A stretch of 64,000 nt of DNA from Candidatus Poseidoniaceae archaeon (lineage in GTDB: Archaea; Thermoplasmatota; Poseidoniia; Poseidoniales; Poseidoniaceae), in assembly GCA_028356125.1 (NCBI GenBank), contig JAOMTZ010000006.1:3350-67349 (forward strand), written 5' to 3'. The stretch's first letter is position 1, and the number at the start of each line of letters is the position of its first letter. Shown here piece after piece: positions 47,067 to 56,803 of the stretch. The notes under the pieces are model-generated. The model did not search any database and had not been told where the DNA came from. It worked only from the letters and a program-made list of their open reading frames with translations. The position numbers were made by a program, and so were the translations under genes.

Positions 47067-48063
47067 CTCACCGATTAAGGTCAACAACCCCGGAGACGCA
47101 CCTGCTCCTGCTTCACCAGAAGAGCAGAAGAAGATGGAAGCAGCATACAATCAAATGAAGCGCAAGATGGCGATTTCTGAGATGGGCAAGGCTATCAAAC
47201 ACAAGATAATGGTCCTTTCAGGTAAAGGTGGCGTTGGTAAATCAACAGTTGCAACTGGACTAGCATTATCACTTGCTCAGCAAGGTCTCAAAGTTGGGCT
47301 CCTAGATATCGATATCACCGGACCTAACGTTCCTAAGATGATGGGATTGGATGGAAGAAGACTAAATGTCGAAGCAGGAAGAATACATCCTGCTCAAGGG
47401 CATCTTGGTGTGAAGGTTATCTCTATGGCTTTCTTACTGGAAGATGAAGATACTCCAGTAGTATGGCGTGGACCGATTAAATTAGGTGCAATTCAACAAT
47501 TTATCGGAGATGTCGATTGGGGAGAATTAGATTACTTGATTATCGATTTCCCACCTGGTACATCTGATGAACCGCTTACTGTGGCTCAGAATTTACCGGA
47601 CATCGATGGTATGGTAATTGTAACCACACCTCAAGATGTTGCATTGCTTGATTCTAGGAAGTCGATCACTTTCGCTAATTCCTTGAAGGTTGATGTAATC
47701 GGAGTAATCGAAAATATGAGCGGTTACACCGTCCGTGGTAAAGCACCAGCTGGAACAGAATTAGAGTTAGCAGCACCGGGCGGTAAAACAATCAGAGTTA
47801 CTACTGATGAAAACGGTGACTGGGCAGGCACTTTGGACATCTTCAAAGCAGGCGGCGGCCAGAGGACAGCCGAAGAATTCGGAGTCCCATTTTTGGGTAA
47901 GTTACCATTCGACCCTGGGTTTGTTAGAGGTGGAGATGACGGAGTTCATCGTATCGTTTCCGAGCCTGAAGGACCTTCAGCAATCGCATTTAACAAAGTC
48001 GTGGAAAACATACAACATAAGGTTGAGTCTGCTTCTAACGACGGCGGACTAGAAATTATCTGA
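47059..48063 (+). CDS. Mrp/NBP35/ApbC-family P-loop ATPase lacking the CxxC motif
   Basis: Deviant Walker A VLSGKGGVGKST and a ParA/MinD fold. The region after ENMS carries a Cys-free insertion. There is no Cys in the whole protein. Confidence 0.75.
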   Translation: MADSPIKVNNPGDAPAPASPEEQKKMEAAYNQMKRKMAISEMGKAIKHKIMVLSGKGGVGKSTVATGLALSLAQQGLKVGLLDIDITGPNVPKMMGLDGRRLNVEAGRIHPAQGHLGVKVISMAFLLEDEDTPVVWRGPIKLGAIQQFIGDVDWGELDYLIIDFPPGTSDEPLTVAQNLPDIDGMVIVTTPQDVALLDSRKSITFANSLKVDVIGVIENMSGYTVRGKAPAGTELELAAPGGKTIRVTTDENGDWAGTLDIFKAGGGQRTAEEFGVPFLGKLPFDPGFVRGGDDGVHRIVSEPEGPSAIAFNKVVENIQHKVESASNDGGLEII

Positions 48064-48073
48064 GGGATAACCA

Positions 48074-48421
48074 ATGGATATCCCTGAATTAAAACGATTG
48101 GAGCGAAGAGACTTCGACATGCATCTCACTTGGTCTGATGGGACAGAACACGAGGTCACCTATGATGATCTAAGACATGCTTGTCCATGCGCTAAGTGTG
48201 CTCCTCAACGCAATGACGACCAGTCATCTATGGTACTGCGCAGGAATATTGAGAAATTACCACGCGAGAAACCTACTGTAAGGCCAGTAGGGAACTATGC
48301 CCTTTCATTCGAATGGACAAGCGGTTGCTCATCAGGAATTCATCGCTTTGAGCGAATCTGGAGATTAGGTTCTAAACTTGACCCTGATAACGGTAAAGAC
48401 TACGTCCACGGGGCATGGTGA
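48074..48421 (+). CDS. DUF971-family protein (commonly Mrp-associated)
   Basis: 115 aa with a CPCAKC cysteine cluster. Immediately follows the Mrp-like gene. Confidence 0.55.
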   Translation: MDIPELKRLERRDFDMHLTWSDGTEHEVTYDDLRHACPCAKCAPQRNDDQSSMVLRRNIEKLPREKPTVRPVGNYALSFEWTSGCSSGIHRFERIWRLGSKLDPDNGKDYVHGAW

Positions 48422-48498
48422 AAGTATCAAAAGAGCGTGTCTGAAGTGGAAATACACTTGTATGCCATTATGACACGAGATTAATTGGAGGTCTTACC

Positions 48499-50583
48499 GT
48501 GGATGGTGTTTATCTTACTTGGCTGATTTCTGCATTAGCCGTAGGAGTATTGCTAATGCCAGTGATTAAGCCACCTTGGGCTAAGGTCACTTTACACGGT
48601 TTCATCGACTTCCTGCGCCGTTATTGGCTGCACTTCGGAATAGTTCTTAGTATCTATAATGCTAAGGATTTCCTCGATGAAGTAGACCGTATTTTGATGG
48701 CAAATACAGATGGTATGCTGAATATGACTCCTTGGATTTATGCTATTGAAGGAGATATGGCATTGTGGGTCCAAGAAACATTCAGAGCAGACTGGTTGAC
48801 CGATTTCATGACACATTTCTATGTGGTAGGATTCATGGTAATCTGTTATGTCTCGATTTTCTACTTTGCATATTTCGATGACAGATATATTGCAGACAGA
48901 ATCACTTTGACCATTTTCTGGGTGTATGTCCTCGCGATACCATTCTATCTATTCTTCAATGTCCATGTGACGGGTAATTACATTCCTGGAATGGAAACTC
49001 TTGCCTACAACCACACTCCTGAGATCAATGACTGGTTCCACCGTATTGACCCGTTAACAAATGGGATGCCAAGTTTGCATATTGGATTCCCATTTGCAGT
49101 TTGGTTGTGTTTACTCCGATTTGATACCGACGAAAGATGGATAATTTATCGTCGAATTGTATTCGCTTATGTTTTACTGACAGCATTTTGTATTCTTTAC
49201 CTTGGGATACACTGGTTCATGGATATCATTGGAGGAATGATTGTTGCTGCTATCGCAGTTAGTATTGCCAACAAGATGTCAGATCCAATGTGGAGAATAT
49301 TTGATGAAAGAACTATCAATGCAAGACTTGCAACAGTTCTGACAAACCCGAAAAGAGCTTACAACGTGATTATGTCGAATGCTAAAGAGCAGTTTTCTCG
49401 ATATAGCAAGCCGTCAAGTAAAGAGACGGGTGTAATGATAACTGTTGTGATGATTCTTGTTGCGGGAGTAATTACCTGGGATTTGACCCACCAATCGATA
49501 CCTGCAGGAGGAGTTGACGCTCCAGTGGGCGTTGCTGCTGCTGATGGGTGGTTAGTAACACTTGATGAAAAATTGGATGGCGCTATAGTAGTAGTTCACG
49601 ATTTATCTGATTTAGATTCTGAAATAGTGGTCGTTCAACCAATTCTTGATGCAAATTCAACATATGACATTCAGGGTGATTTATTGATAATGGCCAATCA
49701 AACTAATTTGATGTTAGTAAATATGAAAGATCCATACACAATACAAACCACGATTGAAGTTTCATCTCCAAGCGCCGTTGAGTTCGTTTCAGATGACCGT
49801 TTGATGATTCTAGAAGATGGTCAAATCTCCTATTGGTCTTACGAGGGAATTGAGATGGATGGGCCGACCGCAGCTGAGGGAGATTCGATATTGGTGTTTG
49901 AATCAAGCGGTGATCAAATTGCTATGGTGTTTGCAAGTGATGCCGACACGATACACCTTGGAATTATTGACGGTGAGGGGTTGATTTCAATCTCTCTTAA
50001 CGCTACAGCCGGTGTCGGTGAAGATCAAATTCTAATCGATTCAGGATTCAATGTTGATTTGCTGAATGCATCAATCACCAGTGTGGCATTATTTGAGGAT
50101 AAATTAGCTGCAACTATTGATGTTAATGCAACTTCAAGACTGATGTTACTCGATACCGTTACAGGAGATAGCGAGATTATTTCTGACCCGAAATATGCGG
50201 CTTACGACCCTCACATGGATTATGGCGTTTTGATGTTCTCTGCTTACGCAAATATCGACCCTGCTAATGCCTCTGAGAAATATACTGACAGAGAGATTTA
50301 CATTTACGACATTGATTCTGAAATTCTTAAACCCCTTACAGCGGATGAGTTAGACCAATGGGCACCGATGGTTTTGAAAGACCATTATGTGTATCAACAA
50401 GCAGACGAAGATGGAGTCATAAGCGTTGAAGTCCAACCAAAAGAACCTAGCCTTCAACCCTATGCTTCGAATATTTTGAAGATAGGTGTGATATTGACAA
50501 TAGCGCTAATATTCGTCAATATAATGCAGAGGCAAAGAGAGTCTCACAAGGTCATCCACCATGATAACGAACACGTTTCATGA
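48499..50583 (+). CDS. Membrane protein with an N-terminal PAP2-like phosphatase domain and a large extracytoplasmic region
   Basis: PSLHIGFP and HWFMDIIGG resemble PAP2 PSGH/SRxxxxxHxxxD motifs. ~390-aa extracellular part and a C-terminal TM. Confidence 0.4.
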   Translation: MDGVYLTWLISALAVGVLLMPVIKPPWAKVTLHGFIDFLRRYWLHFGIVLSIYNAKDFLDEVDRILMANTDGMLNMTPWIYAIEGDMALWVQETFRADWLTDFMTHFYVVGFMVICYVSIFYFAYFDDRYIADRITLTIFWVYVLAIPFYLFFNVHVTGNYIPGMETLAYNHTPEINDWFHRIDPLTNGMPSLHIGFPFAVWLCLLRFDTDERWIIYRRIVFAYVLLTAFCILYLGIHWFMDIIGGMIVAAIAVSIANKMSDPMWRIFDERTINARLATVLTNPKRAYNVIMSNAKEQFSRYSKPSSKETGVMITVVMILVAGVITWDLTHQSIPAGGVDAPVGVAAADGWLVTLDEKLDGAIVVVHDLSDLDSEIVVVQPILDANSTYDIQGDLLIMANQTNLMLVNMKDPYTIQTTIEVSSPSAVEFVSDDRLMILEDGQISYWSYEGIEMDGPTAAEGDSILVFESSGDQIAMVFASDADTIHLGIIDGEGLISISLNATAGVGEDQILIDSGFNVDLLNASITSVALFEDKLAATIDVNATSRLMLLDTVTGDSEIISDPKYAAYDPHMDYGVLMFSAYANIDPANASEKYTDREIYIYDIDSEILKPLTADELDQWAPMVLKDHYVYQQADEDGVISVEVQPKEPSLQPYASNILKIGVILTIALIFVNIMQRQRESHKVIHHDNEHVS

Positions 50584-51229
50584 TTTGCTCAAGGCGTTTC
50601 AACACATCCTTTGCACTAGGTGGCTGTCCTCCTGGCGCCTCTGGTGCTTTTCCTAATTCATTGTCTAAGTCGAGATATCCTTCTAAGACATCATCCATCG
50701 CATTCTCAATATCTGGATGGCTGGCCCTGAGTATTTCGTGAAGTACATGCAGGTCTATGCCTAGGCCCTCCAATTCATATTCTCTAGTAGCCAGCCCTAA
50801 ATCGATTAGGATTGCTTCACCTTCATCAGTAATAAGAATATTATTTGTCGATAAATCTCCGTGATTTACAGCGTTACGGTGGAAAAACCTGATCGCCCTG
50901 CCGACTTTATTCAGCAGATTATTGTCATATATTCCAGATCGTAATACTTCAATTAAAGGTCTCCCGTCAATTTTTTCCATAATTATCGATGCTTCATCCA
51001 AGTCAACATCCCATATTGCAGGTACAGGTGCTCCTTTCTCGGCTAACCAAATGGTTAATTTTATCTCATTTGTCATTCGTTTCGAAGTTAGAGATTTGTC
51101 TAAATCTGGATGACGCCATCCTCTCTGACGTCGCTTTTTGAGAATAGCGGGCCTGCCGTACCAAGAGCCTGAAATCACCTCGGCTTCAGCGCCGAGGTGT
51201 AGCCTTTCGCCGCCAACCCATGCTTGCAT
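50552..51229 (-). CDS. bud32: Bud32/Kae1-associated serine/threonine kinase
   Basis: HGDLSTNNIL catalytic loop, IIMEKIDG. Start taken at the internal Met (MQAWVGGERL); the ORF-track start is 51331. Confidence 0.7.
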   Translation of the reverse strand: MQAWVGGERLHLGAEAEVISGSWYGRPAILKKRRQRGWRHPDLDKSLTSKRMTNEIKLTIWLAEKGAPVPAIWDVDLDEASIIMEKIDGRPLIEVLRSGIYDNNLLNKVGRAIRFFHRNAVNHGDLSTNNILITDEGEAILIDLGLATREYELEGLGIDLHVLHEILRASHPDIENAMDDVLEGYLDLDNELGKAPEAPGGQPPSAKDVLKRLEQIMKRVRYHGG

Positions 51230-51293
51230 TGTATTAACGGGAGCAGTGCATGGTTGAAAAAGGAGTACCTGTACCGATGGTTGAGGCTCAACC

Positions 51294-52424
51294 ATGACCA
51301 TGTCATTGCCCATGTGCGCCATCGACTTCACAAATGATGAGATGGGGCCTGAGGAAGCAGCAATCGCAGACAGGATTGCTGAACTGAAAGAACAGATGGG
51401 CGAAGATTTGCTTATTCTTGGCCATCACTACCAAAGAGACCAGATTGTGATGCATGCGGACCTGCTGGGTGACTCTTTTCTATTATCGGAATTAGCAGCT
51501 CAATCAAAAGCAAAGAACATCATATTTTGTGGTGTTCACTTCATGGCAGAGTCGGCAGATATTCTTACTTCAGACGAACAGAATGTTATCTTGCCTAACA
51601 TGCGTGCAGGATGTTCGATGGCAGATATGGCTGCATTAGATGAAGTTGAAATTGCTTGGGAAGATATTCTTGAGCGTTCAGGTTTGAGTGACCCCGCTAC
51701 TGCAAAAGAAGGAGATTCATGTTTGATTCCTGTAACCTACATGAACAGTGCAGCAGAGTTGAAAGATTTCTGTGGCAGGCATGGAGGGATTGTTTGTACT
51801 TCTTCCAATGCTGCCGGAATACTACAATGGGCCTATGATCGTGCAGGACCTAATGGCGCAGTACTCTTTTTCCCAGACCAACACTTAGGTCGAAACACTG
51901 GCGTTTCAATGGGTATTTCTCTGGAACAGATGGCTGTTTGGACTCCTGGACAAGAGAATATTTTACCTGAGGATTTGAAGATAGTTCTTTGGCACGGTTT
52001 CTGTTCGGTTCACAAGAGATTCACAGTTTCTCAAATCGACTCTTTTCGCGAATCTAATCCTGGTGGCCTGGTAGTAGTTCACCCGGAATGCCCGATGGAA
52101 GTTGTTCAAGCAGCAGATGCCAATGGAAGTACAGAGTTTATCCGCAGATATGTTGCCGAGCAGAAGCCAGGAACAAAAATAGCAGTCGGTACTGAAATTA
52201 ACATGGTTGCAAGACTAGATGCTACGCATGAAGACTTGGACATTCAATGCCTTGAGCCAACAGTTTGTCCTTGTTCAACAATGTACATGATACACCCTGC
52301 TTATCTGATGGATGTATTGGAAAGGTTGGCAGATGGCGAAGTTCCAAATCAAGTAAAGGTAGAGAAGTCGGTTCAGAAAGGTGCTAAGCTAGCACTTGAA
52401 AGAATGCTTTCAATCAAGCAGTAG
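51294..52424 (+). CDS. nadA: Quinolinate synthase
   Basis: 376 aa with NadA-like three-repeat architecture (LILGHHYQ..., FCGVHFMAESADIL, VVVHPECP). Confidence 0.85.
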   Translation: MTMSLPMCAIDFTNDEMGPEEAAIADRIAELKEQMGEDLLILGHHYQRDQIVMHADLLGDSFLLSELAAQSKAKNIIFCGVHFMAESADILTSDEQNVILPNMRAGCSMADMAALDEVEIAWEDILERSGLSDPATAKEGDSCLIPVTYMNSAAELKDFCGRHGGIVCTSSNAAGILQWAYDRAGPNGAVLFFPDQHLGRNTGVSMGISLEQMAVWTPGQENILPEDLKIVLWHGFCSVHKRFTVSQIDSFRESNPGGLVVVHPECPMEVVQAADANGSTEFIRRYVAEQKPGTKIAVGTEINMVARLDATHEDLDIQCLEPTVCPCSTMYMIHPAYLMDVLERLADGEVPNQVKVEKSVQKGAKLALERMLSIKQ

Positions 52425-52767
52425 TTTCTATTGCCTTCCAGCCAGCATAGGCTAGAAGTGGACATAGAATCGCCGTGATTAATACATAACCAACTGCTTT
52501 AGTTCGATCATCTCCCCACATTTCAACAGTCTCCAATGAGAATGCGGACATAGTAGTAAATGCACCCAGAATCCCCGTTCCCAGCAACAAAGTCATCTCT
52601 TTGGATATCATTTCGTTAGCCAGTGCTGCCATACATATGCCTAGAAGAAGCGAGCCAACGGCATTTACAATCAAAGTTGCTTGAGGGGTTCCAGCCCATT
52701 CAGAAACTGCGAAACGTAGTGTTGCGCCGATTGCACCGCCGATTGCGACTGCCAAATATGAATTCAC
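52414..52767 (-). CDS. crcB: Fluoride ion channel CrcB/Fluc
   Basis: 117 aa, four TM helices, GTxxGGxTTFSTF-like motif (GILGAFTTMSAFSLE). Confidence 0.85.
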   Translation of the reverse strand: MNSYLAVAIGGAIGATLRFAVSEWAGTPQATLIVNAVGSLLLGICMAALANEMISKEMTLLLGTGILGAFTTMSAFSLETVEMWGDDRTKAVGYVLITAILCPLLAYAGWKAIETTA

Positions 52768-52847
52768 GAAACCCTCTCATTTGCCCAACTCTATCAATCA
52801 TCCTCAAATGCCATACACTACAGGGCCCATTCATGACATTATGGTTC

Positions 52848-53477
52848 ATGACCACAAACGAAGGTAAAGTTGCTGAAGCAAGAGAGCATTTTTCTCACTT
52901 CGGAATACCTGTTAGGCAGTTTGAATTTGAAGCGACAGAACCTCAAGCAGACGATCTAGAAATCGTTGCTCTTTCTAAATTGGAACAGGCTATACCTCAT
53001 CTTCCAGAGCCTGATGACATGCTTCTTGTGGAAGATGCGGGCCTTTTCATTGATTCATTGAATGGCTTTCCCGGTGTTTATTCATCCTATGTGCTCGAGA
53101 CATTAGGTGTTCAAGGAGTTCTTACTTTGATGAAACATTTAGAGAGTAAAGACCCTATCCAAGATGGAAATTTAAGAAGTGCAGAATTTAGAGCAGTCGC
53201 TGCACTATATCACAACGGTGAGACAACAGTTGCAGAAGGAGTCTGTCCTGGAAGAATATCTCACAGTTCTGTCGAAGGTGAAGGGTTTGGCTTCGACCCA
53301 ATCTTCATCCCAGCGGATTTGGATGCCGATGGAGAGGCGTTACCTGTTGGGGAGATGGGTGATAGAAGCACTCACGGGACTCCATTTGGTGGTATCACTA
53401 TGGAAGAAAAGCAACACTATTCTCATCGACGTAGAGCACTATCCAGTCTTTTATCACACCTCGACATTCGAGGGTGA
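52848..53477 (+). CDS. Non-canonical purine NTP pyrophosphatase (HAM1/RdgB, ITPase)
   Basis: ...TTNEGKVAEA..., VEDAGLFIDSLNGFPGVYS, GFGFDPIF. Start moved to the internal Met. Confidence 0.8.
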   Translation: MTTNEGKVAEAREHFSHFGIPVRQFEFEATEPQADDLEIVALSKLEQAIPHLPEPDDMLLVEDAGLFIDSLNGFPGVYSSYVLETLGVQGVLTLMKHLESKDPIQDGNLRSAEFRAVAALYHNGETTVAEGVCPGRISHSSVEGEGFGFDPIFIPADLDADGEALPVGEMGDRSTHGTPFGGITMEEKQHYSHRRRALSSLLSHLDIRG

Positions 53478-53507
53478 GATTCTTGTGTGTGAGCGTTTTG
53501 GAGTGAG

Positions 53508-54404
53508 GTGAGCAGCATGAATATGTCCAGACTTGTCGTGTTACTCTTACTCGTAGGAGATATCATTGTCTTCTTCACGATGCAGAGCGATTTTGACGAA
53601 AATGGACGCTGGGCAATAGTTGGCAGTATCCTTCTTTTGGCAATCATATGGGTTTACTTGGGAGATAGTCCTCAAAAAGAGCAACCTGTAAGAAAAGCTC
53701 GCCCTGTGGCTGCCAGTTCAACTTCCAGTTCCGAAGGTTCTGTAGATATTCCCGAAATAGTTGTTTTAGATGAAATGGATGGAGCCTCATTACGAGAAAG
53801 AAAGATGGCTAAAGTAGCAGCTAGCAAATATGTCGAAGATGAAGACATGGTGCAAGTAGATCCAGATGATGATCTGGAAGAGATTTCAGTTACCATCGAA
53901 GAAGTCCATGTAGCGGATGAGTTCGTTGTAGAAGTCTCACCGCAATCTATTGAAGATGCGAATATAGCAGCTCATATTCAAAACAAGAAAGAACAGCATG
54001 ACCGAATTCGTGTTCGAATAGAAGAGCGTAGAAGGGGACAGATGGCTGAAATCAGAGCATCTACAGCAAAGATGTGGGAAGAGCATAGTGCTGGAGAAGA
54101 TTTGGTTGGGTTAATCCAAAGCGAAAGGCATGGTCACGAAATCTTGGTTGAACCCGCCACTGCCGAAGCAGGTCACGTTTACGGAGCCACACTCGTTAGA
54201 ATCAATGATTCAACAATTCTCAAACTCAGAGTTCCATTAGACTCCGGTTATGTCGCAGTAGAAAGTGCGAGGGACAATACAGAACTCCCAACCATTCCGT
54301 TGGGGGTACCATCTCCTTCTGAACTGGGACTGCCTGAACTTCCACCACCGCCTGGAGCATCAGGAGCGCTGGCTGCATTGAAAGATGAGATGTCCCAAGA
54401 TTGA
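53508..54404 (+). CDS. Hypothetical acidic protein with an N-terminal TM segment
   Basis: 298 aa, no recognisable motif. Confidence 0.35.
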   Translation: MSSMNMSRLVVLLLLVGDIIVFFTMQSDFDENGRWAIVGSILLLAIIWVYLGDSPQKEQPVRKARPVAASSTSSSEGSVDIPEIVVLDEMDGASLRERKMAKVAASKYVEDEDMVQVDPDDDLEEISVTIEEVHVADEFVVEVSPQSIEDANIAAHIQNKKEQHDRIRVRIEERRRGQMAEIRASTAKMWEEHSAGEDLVGLIQSERHGHEILVEPATAEAGHVYGATLVRINDSTILKLRVPLDSGYVAVESARDNTELPTIPLGVPSPSELGLPELPPPPGASGALAALKDEMSQD

Positions 54405-55123
54405 GGCTTTTGATGCAAATAATTGCTGAAAAATCAACCACCGATAAGAGGCTGGCTCTGTACGGGCTTATTTTGGTAGCAATCGCACCAACGATTTCAG
54501 TTACTACTGGGTTTGTTTTGAAAGCAGGAATTCTAGCAATATTTGTCTTTATATTCACAAAATTATGGATGTTTGGCTTACCTGCATTTTGGTATCTCAA
54601 AGTTGAGAATGGAGAGAAGTCAACCTCTCTTCCTAAAATGGGGGGATGGTTAGTATCTACACTACTTGGCATTGGAATGGCCGTAACTATTTTTCTAGTG
54701 TATTTTCTGCTGGGAGATTTGGTCTTATCGAGTGAAGATTTGACACTTATTCTGGAACCATTTGGATTAACTGTCCCATGGAAGTTGGCTATTGCAATTA
54801 TATTCTGGATTTTTATCAACTCAGTACTTGAAGAATACGTTTTTCGCTGGTTCATAACTTCAAAAGTCGAACAATTAGTTGGGGGGAAATGGCCTCCAAT
54901 ACTAATCTCCGCAGCCATATTTACGGTTCATCATACGATTGCAATGGCTTATTTCATCGAACCATTGGGTAATCTACTTGCTTCAATCGGAGTATTCACA
55001 GGTGGTGTAATATTTTCTTGGATCTATGTCCAATACCGCAGTGTTTGGGTTGCGTGGGTCGCTCATGCAATTGCCGATGTAGCAATATTCGTAATCACTT
55101 GGCAAATAATTGTAGGGTTCTAG
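54401..55123 (+). CDS. CPBP-family (CAAX/Abi) intramembrane metalloprotease
   Basis: EEYVFRWF, ...FTVHHTIAMAYF, and HAIADV motifs. Confidence 0.7.
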   Translation: MRLLMQIIAEKSTTDKRLALYGLILVAIAPTISVTTGFVLKAGILAIFVFIFTKLWMFGLPAFWYLKVENGEKSTSLPKMGGWLVSTLLGIGMAVTIFLVYFLLGDLVLSSEDLTLILEPFGLTVPWKLAIAIIFWIFINSVLEEYVFRWFITSKVEQLVGGKWPPILISAAIFTVHHTIAMAYFIEPLGNLLASIGVFTGGVIFSWIYVQYRSVWVAWVAHAIADVAIFVITWQIIVGF

Positions 55124-55978
55124 TCACTTATGGACCCATTTAGGTTCACTTCGTTCGAGAAATGCTTTGACACCTATTTCTTTGTCTTCAGTATCGAATA
55201 GGTTTGCGAATGCAAGTGCTTCAATTTTTACTCCTTCAGTCAAACCGTTATCCAAGGCTGCACGGATTGTTTTCTTTGCAACTCTAAGTGTATGCATTGA
55301 TTTTCCTGCGATTGTTTGTGCTAGTGACATAGTTGTGTCTAGTAATTCTTCAGGAGTGCACAATTGGTTAACTATTCCTAGGCGATGAGCCTCTTCAGCA
55401 CCAACATTATTCCCGGTCATCATCATTTCCATTGCTTTTCCATAACCGACCAAATTAACCAGCCTCTGGGTTCCACCATATCCTGGAATTAACCCCAATT
55501 TGATTTCTGGAGTGCCGAATATAGCCCTAGTGCTTGCAATTCTAATGTCGCAAGAGCATGCAACTTCACAGCCTCCGCCCAATGCAAAACCATCGACCAT
55601 TGCGATTGTGGGTTTTGACAGGTTCCAAATGGCTTCGATTGCGTTATCTGTGAACAATTCAAGGATATACTCAGAGCCCTTTCCAACGAATTCTGTGATG
55701 TCGGCACCTGCAACAAATGCGTTTGGTTTGGCGCGCTTACCTTCTGGTGCAGGGTTTGGCCCAGCACCTGTAATTACGACACATCTAACAGAATCATTAT
55801 TTTCAGCCCATTCGCACATTTCTTTCAGCGCAGAACCGACATCTTGGTTTAGTGCATTCAACTTATCTGGTCGATTGATAGTGACTTTAGCAATAACTCC
55901 ATCTCCGCTCTCACAAGGGATTTCATCGATGATTACAACTTCGCTCATACCACCTCCGAGAAAGTCATAGCAAATCAA
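55124..55978 (-). CDS. Enoyl-CoA hydratase/isomerase family protein
   Basis: Crotonase fold (AGADITEF, LGGGCE). Confidence 0.8.
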   Translation of the reverse strand: MICYDFLGGGMSEVVIIDEIPCESGDGVIAKVTINRPDKLNALNQDVGSALKEMCEWAENNDSVRCVVITGAGPNPAPEGKRAKPNAFVAGADITEFVGKGSEYILELFTDNAIEAIWNLSKPTIAMVDGFALGGGCEVACSCDIRIASTRAIFGTPEIKLGLIPGYGGTQRLVNLVGYGKAMEMMMTGNNVGAEEAHRLGIVNQLCTPEELLDTTMSLAQTIAGKSMHTLRVAKKTIRAALDNGLTEGVKIEALAFANLFDTEDKEIGVKAFLERSEPKWVHK

Positions 55979-56021
55979 TCCTTAAGCACACATTGAAGTT
56001 CGTGAGGCCCTCCCTAAGTAT

Positions 56022-56801
56022 ATGTCCGCCAACGAAGAGTCCTTGGTTGTAGCAAAGGATTTGGGTAAGCGATACGGTGATTTCGTAGCCTTACACCCAC
56101 TCAACGTCAAGGTAAGTTCCGGAGAATTTTTCGGAGTATTTGGGCCGAATGGGGCGGGTAAATCCACATTCATTAAATTACTAACTGGGCAACTGCGACC
56201 TAGTATTGGTGCTGTTGAGGTTTTAGGAATAGATGCCGCTAAAGACCCTCAAAAACTCAAAGCCAATATTGGAATCGTTCCAGAGTCAGAGTCTCCGCCC
56301 TCATATCTAACCCCTAGTGAGTTTTTGCAATTCGTTGGCAAATTGCGTGGAGTCGATGACTTGGACCAGAAAGTCGAACATTGGATGGATTGGTTTGGTT
56401 TACAAGAAAAGCGTGACACTATGTGCAAAGACTTGTCAAAGGGTCAAAGGCAAAAAGTGATGTTAGCATCAGCATTTATTCACGAGCCAAGGTTATTATT
56501 TTTGGATGAACCATTCGCCAATCTTGATCCCATCTATCAGAGGAAATGCCGTCAATGGTTGCTTGATATGGTTGCCGGAGGGGGAACCATTTTCCTATGT
56601 TCTCACGTTTTAGAAATGGCAGAAAGAATGTGCAATCGTATGGCTATTATCAACAATGGAAAGGTATTAGCTGCAGGAACCGTGAAGGGACTTAAAGAAT
56701 CAGAAAGTGAAACATTAGAAGATGTTTTCATACGGCTGGTTGGTCATTCAATTCAAGAAGCAGAGAGATTAAGCGATGAAGGTGTGAACGAGGAGGAATA
56801 A
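56022..56801 (+). CDS. ABC transporter ATP-binding protein
   Basis: Walker A GPNGAGKST, signature LSKGQRQK, Walker B LLFLDEP. Confidence 0.9.
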   Translation: MSANEESLVVAKDLGKRYGDFVALHPLNVKVSSGEFFGVFGPNGAGKSTFIKLLTGQLRPSIGAVEVLGIDAAKDPQKLKANIGIVPESESPPSYLTPSEFLQFVGKLRGVDDLDQKVEHWMDWFGLQEKRDTMCKDLSKGQRQKVMLASAFIHEPRLLFLDEPFANLDPIYQRKCRQWLLDMVAGGGTIFLCSHVLEMAERMCNRMAIINNGKVLAAGTVKGLKESESETLEDVFIRLVGHSIQEAERLSDEGVNEEE

Positions 56802-56803
56802 CT

